Source of the DNA: Acetobacteraceae bacterium
GTDB taxonomy: Bacteria; Pseudomonadota; Alphaproteobacteria; Acetobacterales; Acetobacteraceae
Direction: 5' to 3'
Assembly: GCA_965198855.1 (NCBI GenBank)
Contig: CBDAPZ010000002.1
Coordinates: 414,613 to 438,612, forward strand
Length of the DNA: 24,000 nucleotides
A program made the translations under genes and the position numbers. Below the pieces are notes generated by a model that saw only the letters and a program-made list of their open reading frames with translations, had not been told where the DNA came from and did not search any database. How positions within the stretch are numbered: the first letter of the stretch is position 1; each line of letters opens with the position of its first letter. Positions 9,078-16,995 of this stretch are shown piece after piece.

Positions 9078-9316
9078 CCTGCGCCGTAAACAAGATCGCG
9101 CTTCGCGCCGGCAAGCTATGTTACGTGACGTTCTGTGATGACCATCGTCACGATATCCCTGGTAACACAGCTGTGATACAGTGACATTGCTGCCGGGTAT
9201 GATGGCCTAACCTCATCGTTTCGCAAAAAGTTTTGCAACCGATCCGGCGCCTGCGGGCTTACCAGCGTGAATGCAATACGCGTAGCCGCCCCTGGCCCGC
9301 GAGCTGGAGAAAAGTG

Positions 9317-10027
9317 ATGGCGGGCGAGCGCCCCATCTTGATTGTAGACGACGACGCTTCCCTGTTGGAGGAGCTCGCAGCCCAATTGCAAGTCGACGGC
9401 GAATTCAGTGCAGATGAAGCGTCCTCGGTCAGTCAGGCGGAAGCCAAGCTGAAGCAAAAGGAGCAACGCTACGACGCGATCATCCTTGATGTCAGCCTAC
9501 CCGATGGCGACGGCCGGGATTTTTGTGCAAACCTGCGCAAGCAAGGCCTGCGCATGCCCATCATCATGCTCACGGGCTCGGATGAGGAAGCCGATGTAGT
9601 GCGCGGGCTGGAATCCGGTGCAAACGACTACATTGCCAAGCCATTTCGGCTGAACGAGCTGCTGGCAAGGTTGCGCGCACAGCTGCGCATCTTCGAAAAT
9701 TCAGAAGATGCGGTGTTCACCATTGGGCCTTACACCTTCCGGCCGTCAGCGAAACTGCTGCAGGAGCCGCTTCGCAATCGCCGCATCCGCCTGACTGAAA
9801 AAGAAGCGGCGATCCTGAAATTCCTCTATCGGGCTGGTACCAAACCGGTCGCGCGACAGATCCTTCTCAACGAGGTGTGGGGCTACAACGCGGCCGTCAC
9901 CACGCACACGCTGGAAACGCATATCTATCGCCTACGCCAGAAAATCGAACCGGACCCGGCAAATGCCAGGTTACTGGTGACGGAAGGTGGCGGCTATCGC
10001 CTCGATCCCGAAGCGGCGGTCAACTAA
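9317..10027 (+). CDS. OmpR/PhoB-family response regulator (receiver plus winged-helix domains); no adjacent histidine kinase
   Basis: ILIVDDD...AIILDVSLPDGDG...MLTG...KPF receiver motifs, and C-terminal LTEKEAAILKFL...VWGY...TLETHIYRLRQK. ATG at 9317 is preceded by ggaga (9306-9310). Confidence 0.85.
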   Translation: MAGERPILIVDDDASLLEELAAQLQVDGEFSADEASSVSQAEAKLKQKEQRYDAIILDVSLPDGDGRDFCANLRKQGLRMPIIMLTGSDEEADVVRGLESGANDYIAKPFRLNELLARLRAQLRIFENSEDAVFTIGPYTFRPSAKLLQEPLRNRRIRLTEKEAAILKFLYRAGTKPVARQILLNEVWGYNAAVTTHTLETHIYRLRQKIEPDPANARLLVTEGGGYRLDPEAAVN

Positions 10028-10034
10028 GCCTGCC

Positions 10035-10832
10035 TTAGGTCTCCGCCAACTCGAGCAGGACAGGGACATGGTCAGACGTTTGTGGCCAGTCCCTCGCTTC
10101 CTGCAAAATTTCATAGCTCTTGAGGCGGCCGGTGAGATCCGGCGTCACCCAGATATGGTCAAGCCGGCGGCCGCGATTCGATAATTGCCAATCCCGGTTT
10201 CGATATGACCACCAGGTGTAGAGTTTTTCGCTCTCTGGCACGAAATGCCGGATCCCGTCGTAGAAGCCGGTAGCACGCAGCGCGTCGAGATGCGCAATCT
10301 CGATCGGCGTATGGCTCACCACGCCCATCAGCTGTTTGTGGCTCCAGACATCATGCTCGAGCGGTGCGATGTTGAGGTCGCCCACCAGCACGCTGCGCGG
10401 CCGCACACCGTTGGTCGCAAACCAGGCAGTGGCCTCGGACAGAAAATCCAGCTTGTGGGCGAATTTGACGTTTACGCTGCGGTCGGGGACGTCGCCGCCC
10501 GCCGGCACGTAAAAACAATGCAGCTCGATCGGGCCGCCCGCCGCACTCACCTTCACCTGCAGATGCCGGCAATCGCCCTTGCTGCACCAATCCGGGGCCG
10601 CCTCCTGCACCATCTCCCGACGCGAAAGGATGGCGACGCCGTTATAGCCTTTCATGCCGCGACGGGCGACGTAGGGGTAACCCAACGCCGCCGGCGCCGC
10701 GTCCGGAAACAACTCGTCCGGCACCTTCGTTTCCTGTAGGCAGATCACATCCGGATCGAGGGCGGCGATCAGCCGCTCCAACAGGCCAAGACGCAGGCGG
10801 AGCGAGTTGATGTTCCAGGTGACGATTCGCAT
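10035..10832 (-). CDS. xthA: Exodeoxyribonuclease III
   Basis: MRIVTWNINSLRLRL...VICLQETKV...SDHVPV, the canonical EEP/Xth family pattern. The upstream extension of the ORF to 10868 is unlikely to be real. Confidence 0.9.
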   Translation of the reverse strand: MRIVTWNINSLRLRLGLLERLIAALDPDVICLQETKVPDELFPDAAPAALGYPYVARRGMKGYNGVAILSRREMVQEAAPDWCSKGDCRHLQVKVSAAGGPIELHCFYVPAGGDVPDRSVNVKFAHKLDFLSEATAWFATNGVRPRSVLVGDLNIAPLEHDVWSHKQLMGVVSHTPIEIAHLDALRATGFYDGIRHFVPESEKLYTWWSYRNRDWQLSNRGRRLDHIWVTPDLTGRLKSYEILQEARDWPQTSDHVPVLLELAET

Positions 10833-10888
10833 GCACAATGGCGTGCCCCAGCCGCGCTTGCATGACAAGGCAGGCGCCTAGGCATCTG

Positions 10889-11557
10889 ATGCACTGGTCG
10901 CCGATTTCGTTCTCAGGCCTGCCGGGCGCGTTCCTCCTCGGGCTGCCGGCGCTGCTCTCCATCGTCAATCCGCTCGGCTCGGCGCTGATCTTCAACCAGG
11001 TGCTCGGCGACCGCAGCCACGCCGAGCGCGCCCAGCTCGCCCGCACGGTCGCGTTCTACAGCGCCATCGTGCTGATGGTGGCGCTCTGGGCCGGCGATGC
11101 GATCCTGAATTTCTTCGGTGTCACCCTCAGCGCCCTGCGCCTTGCCGGCGGCCTTGTCGTGGCCACACGGGCCTGGGCACTCCTCAACGCCCCAGAAGAA
11201 AGCGAAGCGCGTAAGGAACAACAAGCCAACGCCGCCCGCCTCTCCGGCGATGTCGCCTTCTACCCGCTGACCATGCCCTTTACGACCGGCCCGGGCAGCA
11301 TCGCCGTCAGCGTGGCCCTCACCTCCGCGCGCCCCGAAAGCGGCGCAGGCTACGCCGCCTTCATGCTGGGCCTGACCGCCTCCGCCATCGTCGTCTGCCT
11401 ACTGACCTGGATCTGCTACCGCTCGGCCGATTTCGTGGTCGACCATCTCGGCGCCTCAGGCACACGCGTGGTGAGCCGCTTGGTGGCCTTTCTGCTGCTG
11501 TGCATCGGCACCCAGATCATGCTCAACGGCCTGCACGACGTGGGGCTGTTCAGGTAA
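10889..11557 (+). CDS. MarC family (UPF0056) integral membrane protein
   Basis: Multi-TM protein with an N-terminal LLSIVNPLGSALIFNQV motif typical of MarC/UPF0056. Start chosen at ATG 10889; 10838 and 10862 are also possible. Confidence 0.7.
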   Translation: MHWSPISFSGLPGAFLLGLPALLSIVNPLGSALIFNQVLGDRSHAERAQLARTVAFYSAIVLMVALWAGDAILNFFGVTLSALRLAGGLVVATRAWALLNAPEESEARKEQQANAARLSGDVAFYPLTMPFTTGPGSIAVSVALTSARPESGAGYAAFMLGLTASAIVVCLLTWICYRSADFVVDHLGASGTRVVSRLVAFLLLCIGTQIMLNGLHDVGLFR

Positions 11558-11644
11558 TGGCGGGTCTGTCGCCCAGCTTCTAGGCCAAGGGGCTTTGCCC
11601 CCCAGCGGGGTCGAGTGGCAGAGCCCTGGCCTAAAAGCTGGGCC

Positions 11645-12457
11645 TCAGCTCGCCATCGCCTGTTCAAGCCGCCCGCCGACGCGGATCGGGGCGATGCGTT
11701 TGGCCAGGCCGGTCTGGTCGTTTGTTTCCACGAACACGCCGCAGATCGTCGCTTCGCCATCGGCTGGGGCCAGGCGTTCGCCTGGAAGCTTGCGCCAGAA
11801 GCGGGCGGCGGCAACGCCCTTTTCCATGCCGATGACGCTGTCATAGTCACCGCACATCCCGGCATCGGTGAGGTAGGCGGTGCCGCCCGGCAGGATCTGG
11901 TGGTCGCCGGTTGGCACGTGGGTGTGGGTGCCGACGACGAGGGAAATCTTGCCGTCGAAGGAGTGGCCGTAGGCCAGTTTCTCGGAGGTGGCTTCGCCGT
12001 GGATGTCGGCCACGATCGCGTCCACGGTGGCGCCGAGGCGGTATTTGCCGAGCAATTCCGCGGTGAGGCGGAACGGGTCGTCGGTGGGTTCCATGAACAG
12101 CCGGCCCATCACCTGCAGCACCAGCACGCGGCGACCGGTGGCGAGCGTGACGAGGGTCGAGCCATGGCCGGGCGTGCCGGGTGGAAAGTTGAGCGGGCGG
12201 ATGAGGCGTGGCTGGGTTTCAATGTAGCCGGCGAGTTCGCGCCGGTCCCAGGCGTGGTTGCCCAGTGTGAGCACGTCGGCACCCGCGGCAAACAGCGCGT
12301 CAGCCATGGCCGGGGCGCAGCCGAAGCCATGGCTGGCGTTCTCCACATTCACCACGGCGAGATCCAGGCGCAGGCTTTCGCGCAGCCTTGGCAGCGCTGC
12401 CTCCACCGCCTGGCGGCCGGCGCGGCCGACGATGTCGCCCAGGAACAGGATACGCAT
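11645..12457 (-). CDS. YmdB-like (TIGR00282) metallophosphoesterase
   Basis: MRILFLGDIVGRAGR...VVNVENASHGFG...LGNHAWD...GTHTHVPT, the calcineurin-like metallophosphoesterase motifs in YmdB order. Confidence 0.8.
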   Translation of the reverse strand: MRILFLGDIVGRAGRQAVEAALPRLRESLRLDLAVVNVENASHGFGCAPAMADALFAAGADVLTLGNHAWDRRELAGYIETQPRLIRPLNFPPGTPGHGSTLVTLATGRRVLVLQVMGRLFMEPTDDPFRLTAELLGKYRLGATVDAIVADIHGEATSEKLAYGHSFDGKISLVVGTHTHVPTGDHQILPGGTAYLTDAGMCGDYDSVIGMEKGVAAARFWRKLPGERLAPADGEATICGVFVETNDQTGLAKRIAPIRVGGRLEQAMAS

Positions 12458-12530
12458 TGATCTCACTTACCCGCTGATTGAGCTGTTCTATAGGGCGGGT
12501 GAGAAGCTGTCGTGATCACGTGAGGGCGAG

Positions 12531-12578
12531 AGGAAGAAAGAATCTTCTTTTTTGAAAAAAAGAAGCAAAAAACTTTTG
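12531..12578 (+). repeat. AT-rich nested-palindrome element, copy B (type-1-like arm)
   Basis: aggaagaaagaatCTTCTTTTTTgAAAAAAAGAAGCAAAAAACTTTTG: a purine-rich lead-in, a ~10-bp A/T stem, then the 6-1-6 mini-palindrome CAAAAAACTTTTG. It directly abuts the TAA stop of the phosphoesterase gene (12579-12581). Confidence 0.75.
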
Positions 12579-14771
12579 TTATGGTAACCAATTGGGGGCA
12601 AAAGGTAATCCGGGCGAAACTATCGGGCGCGGGTTGAAGTCGGAGGGCGGTGGGTCAATCTCGCTCCCCGGCTTCAACCCCTTCGGATAGTCGGTCGGCA
12701 GGATGCCGAGCGTGCGGCAGCCTTCGCCACCATCATGCGGCAGAGTGGTCACGCCTTCGATCGTCGCCAGGCTCGCGGGCAGCGGCGGGATGCGGCCCAG
12801 CAGGCGGTCATTGTCGAAATCCTCGAACAGATCGCCCATCGGCACCATGTCGTCGGCCGGGCCGAGATCGCGCTGTTTGCTGCCATCCGGTGCGCTGATC
12901 TGCTGCAGGGCACGGGCGCGCTTCTCGTCGGGCAGGTCGGCCAGCGGCGACAGGCCGAAAAGTTCGTCGATGAAGCGGATCACCGCGCTATGCTCGCTAT
13001 AGACGTGCGAGACGGCATGCGCGGCGCTGAACGGCGAGATCACCAGTGCTGGGATGCGAGGGCCGCCGGTCAGCGGCAATCCATCCGGGCCCCAGCTACG
13101 GAAACGTTCCGGCACATGGTCGTAAAACCCATCCGTCTCGTCATACGTGACGATGATCGCGGCATGCGGCCAATAGGGACTGTTGGCGATCGCGTTGACG
13201 GAATCCGCAATGGACGCCTCGGAGATCTGCGAGTCGGAATAGCCGGGATGGTCGTCATTTCCGGCGAATGTCGCGCGTATGTCGGGGTTGGGATTGAGCG
13301 TCTTCAGCCCGTCATTATTGTAGTAGCCGCCGCGTACGTAGAACACGCCGGAGCCGGGCAGTCGATGCGCTGCGAGATCGGCATAGAAATCCTGCAGCGA
13401 ATGCATGTGCGCGATCTCTGCGGGATTGTCGCCGACATAGCCGAAATATTGCGGGCCGTTATGGTGTATGATGTAGGAGGGATGTGACGTGCCGGCGGGC
13501 TCGAGATTGATGGTGGCATGGCTATCGAACGGCTCGGGTCCGTAACCTTGCTGATACCAGCCCCAACCGACCTGAGCCTGGGTGGCGATCACCGGGATGT
13601 CACGCTCTATGTCGGGGAGATCGGTTTGCGGGTTTTCATCCTGCTTGACGATGTCGTTGACGGATTTCCCCATGAACGACAAAGGCAGCGAGGCAAAGGT
13701 GAGCGGCGGCATTGCCTGGCTGAACGGCTTTGCGTTGTAGGGGCCTGGCGTACCTCTCAGGTGAACATGGGTGAGTTTCTCGCCTTCGATCGGTGCCATC
13801 GGCGGCGGTGCCGTGACGGAAGGCCCGAAACTCTCCATGCCGGGCCCATTGGGTGGTTTGGCACCAGGCGAGATGTCGCCGACGCTGCCGGCAAAGGGCG
13901 GGCTGTCGTTTACGTTCGGGATCTGCTGACCATCGGCCAGGTTCTTGCCTGTTTTGTCAGGATGCAGCGCCCATTGTGTCTCGCCGGTCTGGCCGGCGAC
14001 CATGGCGATGGCGTTCGGCGTCGATGGGCCGACCGTGGTCTGATGAAAATTGTCCATCAGCGTGAAACGATCGGCAAGCTGCCAGAGAAACGGAATGGTG
14101 TCGCAATCGACATGGGCGACGATCAATTCACCCATCTGCTTGGTCTCGAGTGTTGGCGTGCCGGTGATTGGCGCACCGTCGCGCAGCACCAGGTCGGCGA
14201 CCGCGGAATTGTCGTTCTTGAAGGCCAGGCCTTCCATGTTGGTGACGTAGGAGTCGTTCTTGGAATGACGCCTGGTGGCCATATCGCTGTGCTCGGCGGC
14301 GACCATGCCTTCACGCGAGTGATCGACGGAGGCCACATCCTCCGGATAGAGCGGAACGGTCTTGCCGGCGCCGTTCTGCAGAGTGCGCGGGATGAGGAAC
14401 GGCGTGATGGTGGAGAAACTGCCATCGGTGTTCCACAGTATCTGACGGAAGCTTCCGCTTTTGTTGGCTGCCTGTTGCATGGGGTCGGCAGCATCCGCAC
14501 CGGTGAAGCTGTCGAACAAGCCGTCCGCGCCGGGATAGGTGCCGAAATAATGGTCGAAGGCGCGGTTCTCCTGGAACAGGATGAACACGTATCTGATGTT
14601 CTGCCGGAGCAGGGCCAGCTTGCGCTCATGATCGAGCGCGGACATCGCGGCCGGATCACGCGCAGCCTCGGCGCCCTTGCTTGTGGTCGTCGTGGCGAGC
14701 GTCAGAAGCGGCGGCTCGGCCGCCTGAACGGTCGCGGCCGAGAGGCAGAGAAAGGCGATCAGGCGGCGCAT
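12579..14771 (-). CDS. Secreted phosphoesterase-family protein (PLC/AcpA family, PF04185-like)
   Basis: Signal peptide MRRLIAFLCLSAATVQA. The motif VFILFQENRAFDHYFGTYPGADG is diagnostic of the phospholipase C / acid phosphatase AcpA family. Start set at ATG 14771; the ORF extension to 14957 lacks a signal peptide. Confidence 0.8.
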   Translation of the reverse strand: MRRLIAFLCLSAATVQAAEPPLLTLATTTTSKGAEAARDPAAMSALDHERKLALLRQNIRYVFILFQENRAFDHYFGTYPGADGLFDSFTGADAADPMQQAANKSGSFRQILWNTDGSFSTITPFLIPRTLQNGAGKTVPLYPEDVASVDHSREGMVAAEHSDMATRRHSKNDSYVTNMEGLAFKNDNSAVADLVLRDGAPITGTPTLETKQMGELIVAHVDCDTIPFLWQLADRFTLMDNFHQTTVGPSTPNAIAMVAGQTGETQWALHPDKTGKNLADGQQIPNVNDSPPFAGSVGDISPGAKPPNGPGMESFGPSVTAPPPMAPIEGEKLTHVHLRGTPGPYNAKPFSQAMPPLTFASLPLSFMGKSVNDIVKQDENPQTDLPDIERDIPVIATQAQVGWGWYQQGYGPEPFDSHATINLEPAGTSHPSYIIHHNGPQYFGYVGDNPAEIAHMHSLQDFYADLAAHRLPGSGVFYVRGGYYNNDGLKTLNPNPDIRATFAGNDDHPGYSDSQISEASIADSVNAIANSPYWPHAAIIVTYDETDGFYDHVPERFRSWGPDGLPLTGGPRIPALVISPFSAAHAVSHVYSEHSAVIRFIDELFGLSPLADLPDEKRARALQQISAPDGSKQRDLGPADDMVPMGDLFEDFDNDRLLGRIPPLPASLATIEGVTTLPHDGGEGCRTLGILPTDYPKGLKPGSEIDPPPSDFNPRPIVSPGLPFAPNWLP

Positions 14772-14977
14772 CGTCGGTGCCTTTCGTTGCTTCACGGAGT
14801 GCCAGCGAAGCGCACTCGCTTCAAGCACACGCGCATAGCTGTTTCGACACATGACCCGAGTAAGGCAATTTGCGCAATTATGCGTAATGCAGATCACATT
14901 GACGTGTCGTAATGCAACTTGTGCCCAAAATTTGAGCGCGGGCGTCGCAAAGACCACGCAGAATTCCGTCCTGCAAG

Positions 14978-14993
14978 CGGCACAATTCTTGAA
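14978..14993 (+). promoter_or_regulatory. Possible sigma54 (-24/-12) promoter for glnK-amtB (weak -12)
   Basis: cGGCACaattcTTGAa has correct GG-to-G spacing (12 nt), but the -12 element reads GA instead of GC. It lies ~50 nt upstream of the glnK ATG. Confidence 0.3.
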
Positions 14994-15041
14994 ACGACTT
15001 TGCCTGTGCCGCGCTGAACGCGGCCTGGAGGGGAAGTTGGA

Positions 15042-15380
15042 ATGAAGTTGGTGATCGCCATCGTCAAACCTTTCAAGCTCGATGATGTACGTGAGGCCCT
15101 TACCCCGCTTGGGGTGCAGGGACTGACCGTGACCGAGGTGAAGGGGTTTGGACGGCAGAAGGGGCAGACGGAAATCTACCGCGGTGCCGAATACCGCGTG
15201 CAGTTCGTGCCCAAAGTGAAGATCGAGGTCGCGATCCCCGCAGACCAGGCCGATGCCGTGATCGAGGCGATCATCCGCTCCGCGCAGACCGGCAAGATCG
15301 GCGACGGCAAGATCTTTGTGCTCGATCTCGAGCGTGCGGTCCGTATCCGCACCGGCGAGACCGATGCTGCTGCTCTCTGA
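15042..15380 (+). CDS. glnK: P-II nitrogen regulatory protein
   Basis: 112 aa, MKLVIAIVKPFKLDDVREAL...TVTEVKGFGRQKGQTEIYRGAEY (T-loop Tyr51). Sits 11 nt upstream of amtB. Confidence 0.92.
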   Translation: MKLVIAIVKPFKLDDVREALTPLGVQGLTVTEVKGFGRQKGQTEIYRGAEYRVQFVPKVKIEVAIPADQADAVIEAIIRSAQTGKIGDGKIFVLDLERAVRIRTGETDAAAL

Positions 15381-15391
15381 AAGGATTTGAG

Positions 15392-16879
15392 ATGAAGTTC
15401 TCCGCCCTCAAGGCGCGATTGGCGGCACTTGTGCTGGTGGCGCCGCTGCTGTTCACCGGTGTTTCGGCCTTCGCCCAGGCACCCGCGCCCGATGCCACTC
15501 CGCCTGCCGCAGCAACCCCGGCACCCGCCACACCCGCACCGGCAGCAACACCGGCACCGGCCACAGCGGCACCCGCCGCAGCAGCCCCCGCAGGCCCAGC
15601 CAAGCCGCCCGCCTATGACCATGGCGATACCGCCTGGATGCTCACCTCCACAGCGCTCGTGCTGATGATGACCATCCCAGGCCTCGCCCTCTTCTATGCC
15701 GGCATGGTCCGCCGCAAGAACATCCTGGCCACCGTGATGCAGAGCTTCGCCATCACCGCGCTCATCACCATCGTCTGGACCGTGATCGGCTACTCGCTCG
15801 CCTTCACCAACGGCACCGGCGCTTCGGCACCCTATATCGGTGACCTCTCGCGCCTCCTGCTGCACGGCCTCGAAGCCAATTTCTCCAAGCAGGACGACAC
15901 CGGCTTCATCCTCGGCGCCGGCGTCCCCGGCGTTACCCCGGTGCCCTACACGATCCCTGAGAGCGTCTACATGATGTTCCAGATGACCTTCGCCATCATC
16001 ACCCCGGCGCTGATCGCCGGCGCCTTCGCAGAGCGCATGAAGTTCTCCGCGATGTGCATCTTCATGGTGCTCTGGTCGATCTTCTCCTACTCGGCCATCG
16101 CCCACTGGGTGTGGGCACCCACCGGCTGGCTGTCGACCATGGGCACGCTCGACTATGCCGGCGGCACCGTGGTGCACATCAACGCAGGTATCGCCGGCCT
16201 CATGTGCTGCCTGGTGATGGGCAAGCGCCGCGGCTACGGGCATGACAACATGTCGCCTTACAACCTCACCTACGCGGTGATCGGTGCTTCCCTGCTCTGG
16301 GTCGGCTGGTTCGGCTTCAACGCAGGCTCGGCCACCAGTGCCGGCGGCCGTGCCGGCATGGCGATGACGGTCACCCAGATCGCCACTGCTGCTGCGGCCC
16401 TCGGCTGGATGTTCGCCGAGTGGATCGTCAAGGGCAAACCCAGCGTGCTGGGCATCATCTCCGGCGCCGTTGCCGGCCTGGTCGCCATCACGCCCGCTTC
16501 GGGTTTCGTGCTCCCGGGCGGCTCGATCATCATCGGTGTTGCTGCCGGCGTGATCTGCTTCCTCTCGGCCTCTTACCTCAAGCACCTGCTGGGCTATGAC
16601 GACAGCCTCGACACCTTCGGCGTGCACGGCGTCGGCGGCATCGTCGGCGCGCTGCTCACCGGCGTGTTCGCGTCCGCCACCATCGGCGGCACCGACGGCT
16701 CGATGGCGCAGTTCATCATCCAGTGCAAAGCCGTCGCGGTCACGCTCATCTGGAGCAGCCTGGTTTCGCTGGTTCTGCTCTACGGCCTCAAATTCACCAT
16801 CGGGCTCACCGTCAGCCCCGATGAGGAAATGGAAGGCCTCGACACCGTCCTGCACGGCGAAAGCATCGGCGGACATTAG
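15392..16879 (+). CDS. amtB: Ammonium transporter AmtB with a Pro/Ala/Thr-rich N-terminal linker
   Basis: 495 aa. Signal peptide, a ~45-aa PA-rich segment, then Amt/MEP motifs (DTAWMLTSTALVLMMT..., DYAGGTVVHINAG, FGVHGVGGIVGALLTG). Confidence 0.92.
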   Translation: MKFSALKARLAALVLVAPLLFTGVSAFAQAPAPDATPPAAATPAPATPAPAATPAPATAAPAAAAPAGPAKPPAYDHGDTAWMLTSTALVLMMTIPGLALFYAGMVRRKNILATVMQSFAITALITIVWTVIGYSLAFTNGTGASAPYIGDLSRLLLHGLEANFSKQDDTGFILGAGVPGVTPVPYTIPESVYMMFQMTFAIITPALIAGAFAERMKFSAMCIFMVLWSIFSYSAIAHWVWAPTGWLSTMGTLDYAGGTVVHINAGIAGLMCCLVMGKRRGYGHDNMSPYNLTYAVIGASLLWVGWFGFNAGSATSAGGRAGMAMTVTQIATAAAALGWMFAEWIVKGKPSVLGIISGAVAGLVAITPASGFVLPGGSIIIGVAAGVICFLSASYLKHLLGYDDSLDTFGVHGVGGIVGALLTGVFASATIGGTDGSMAQFIIQCKAVAVTLIWSSLVSLVLLYGLKFTIGLTVSPDEEMEGLDTVLHGESIGGH

Positions 16880-16896
16880 TTAAGGCCCACTGCTTC

Positions 16897-16936
16897 CGGA
16901 CCCTGGCATAAAAACTGCTACGCACCAGGGTCCGGC
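16897..16936. repeat. Perfect 11-bp inverted repeat flanking the glnII promoter
   Basis: ccggaccctgg (16897-16907) and ccagggtccgg (16926-16936) are exact reverse complements separated by 18 nt. It starts 18 nt after the amtB stop. Confidence 0.85.
16904..16919 (+). promoter_or_regulatory. Sigma54 (-24/-12) promoter for glnII
   Basis: TGGCATaaaaacTGCT: GG at 16905-06 and GC at 16917-18, exact 12-nt spacing versus the consensus TGGCAC-N5-TTGCW. Lies ~78 nt upstream of the glnII ATG. glnII is NtrC/sigma54-dependent in rhizobia. Confidence 0.55.
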
Positions 16937-16995
16937 GTGTGCGTCAGCGCGGGCAGAATTGAAACTTTCGGCCATGACACATGGGAAGGTCACTG

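Noticed and set aside
9078-9316. An FMN (RFN) riboswitch upstream of ribA.
   Set aside because: Neither strand shows the conserved RFN core words (for example ggtgaaattcc...ccgacgg...ggatg). Only a short gcccgcgagc similarity on the wrong strand was found.
10021-10040. A small inverted repeat, ctaag-cctgc-cttag, containing the stop codons of the convergent response-regulator and xthA genes.
   Set aside because: It is only 5 bp per arm and arises trivially from two facing TAA codons. It is too weak to call a terminator.
11558-11644. A possible bidirectional terminator between marC-family and ymdB-like genes (taggccaagggg...gccctggccta, with inner cccc-agc-gggg).
   Set aside because: The stems are imperfect with a ~30-nt loop and no flanking T/A tracts. 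This is not enough to annotate as a terminator.
12511-12520. A perfect 10-bp palindrome, cgtgatcacg, ~55 nt upstream of the ymdB-like start.
   Set aside because: It is a single short palindrome with no second site or recognisable operator family. It could be chance in 24 kb.
15476-15613. The repetitive ccggcaccg/gcaccggc DNA in amtB as a non-coding tandem repeat or VNTR.
   Set aside because: It is in frame within amtB and encodes the Pro/Ala-rich linker. It is imperfect, with no clean unit length, and is reported instead as a protein-level observation.
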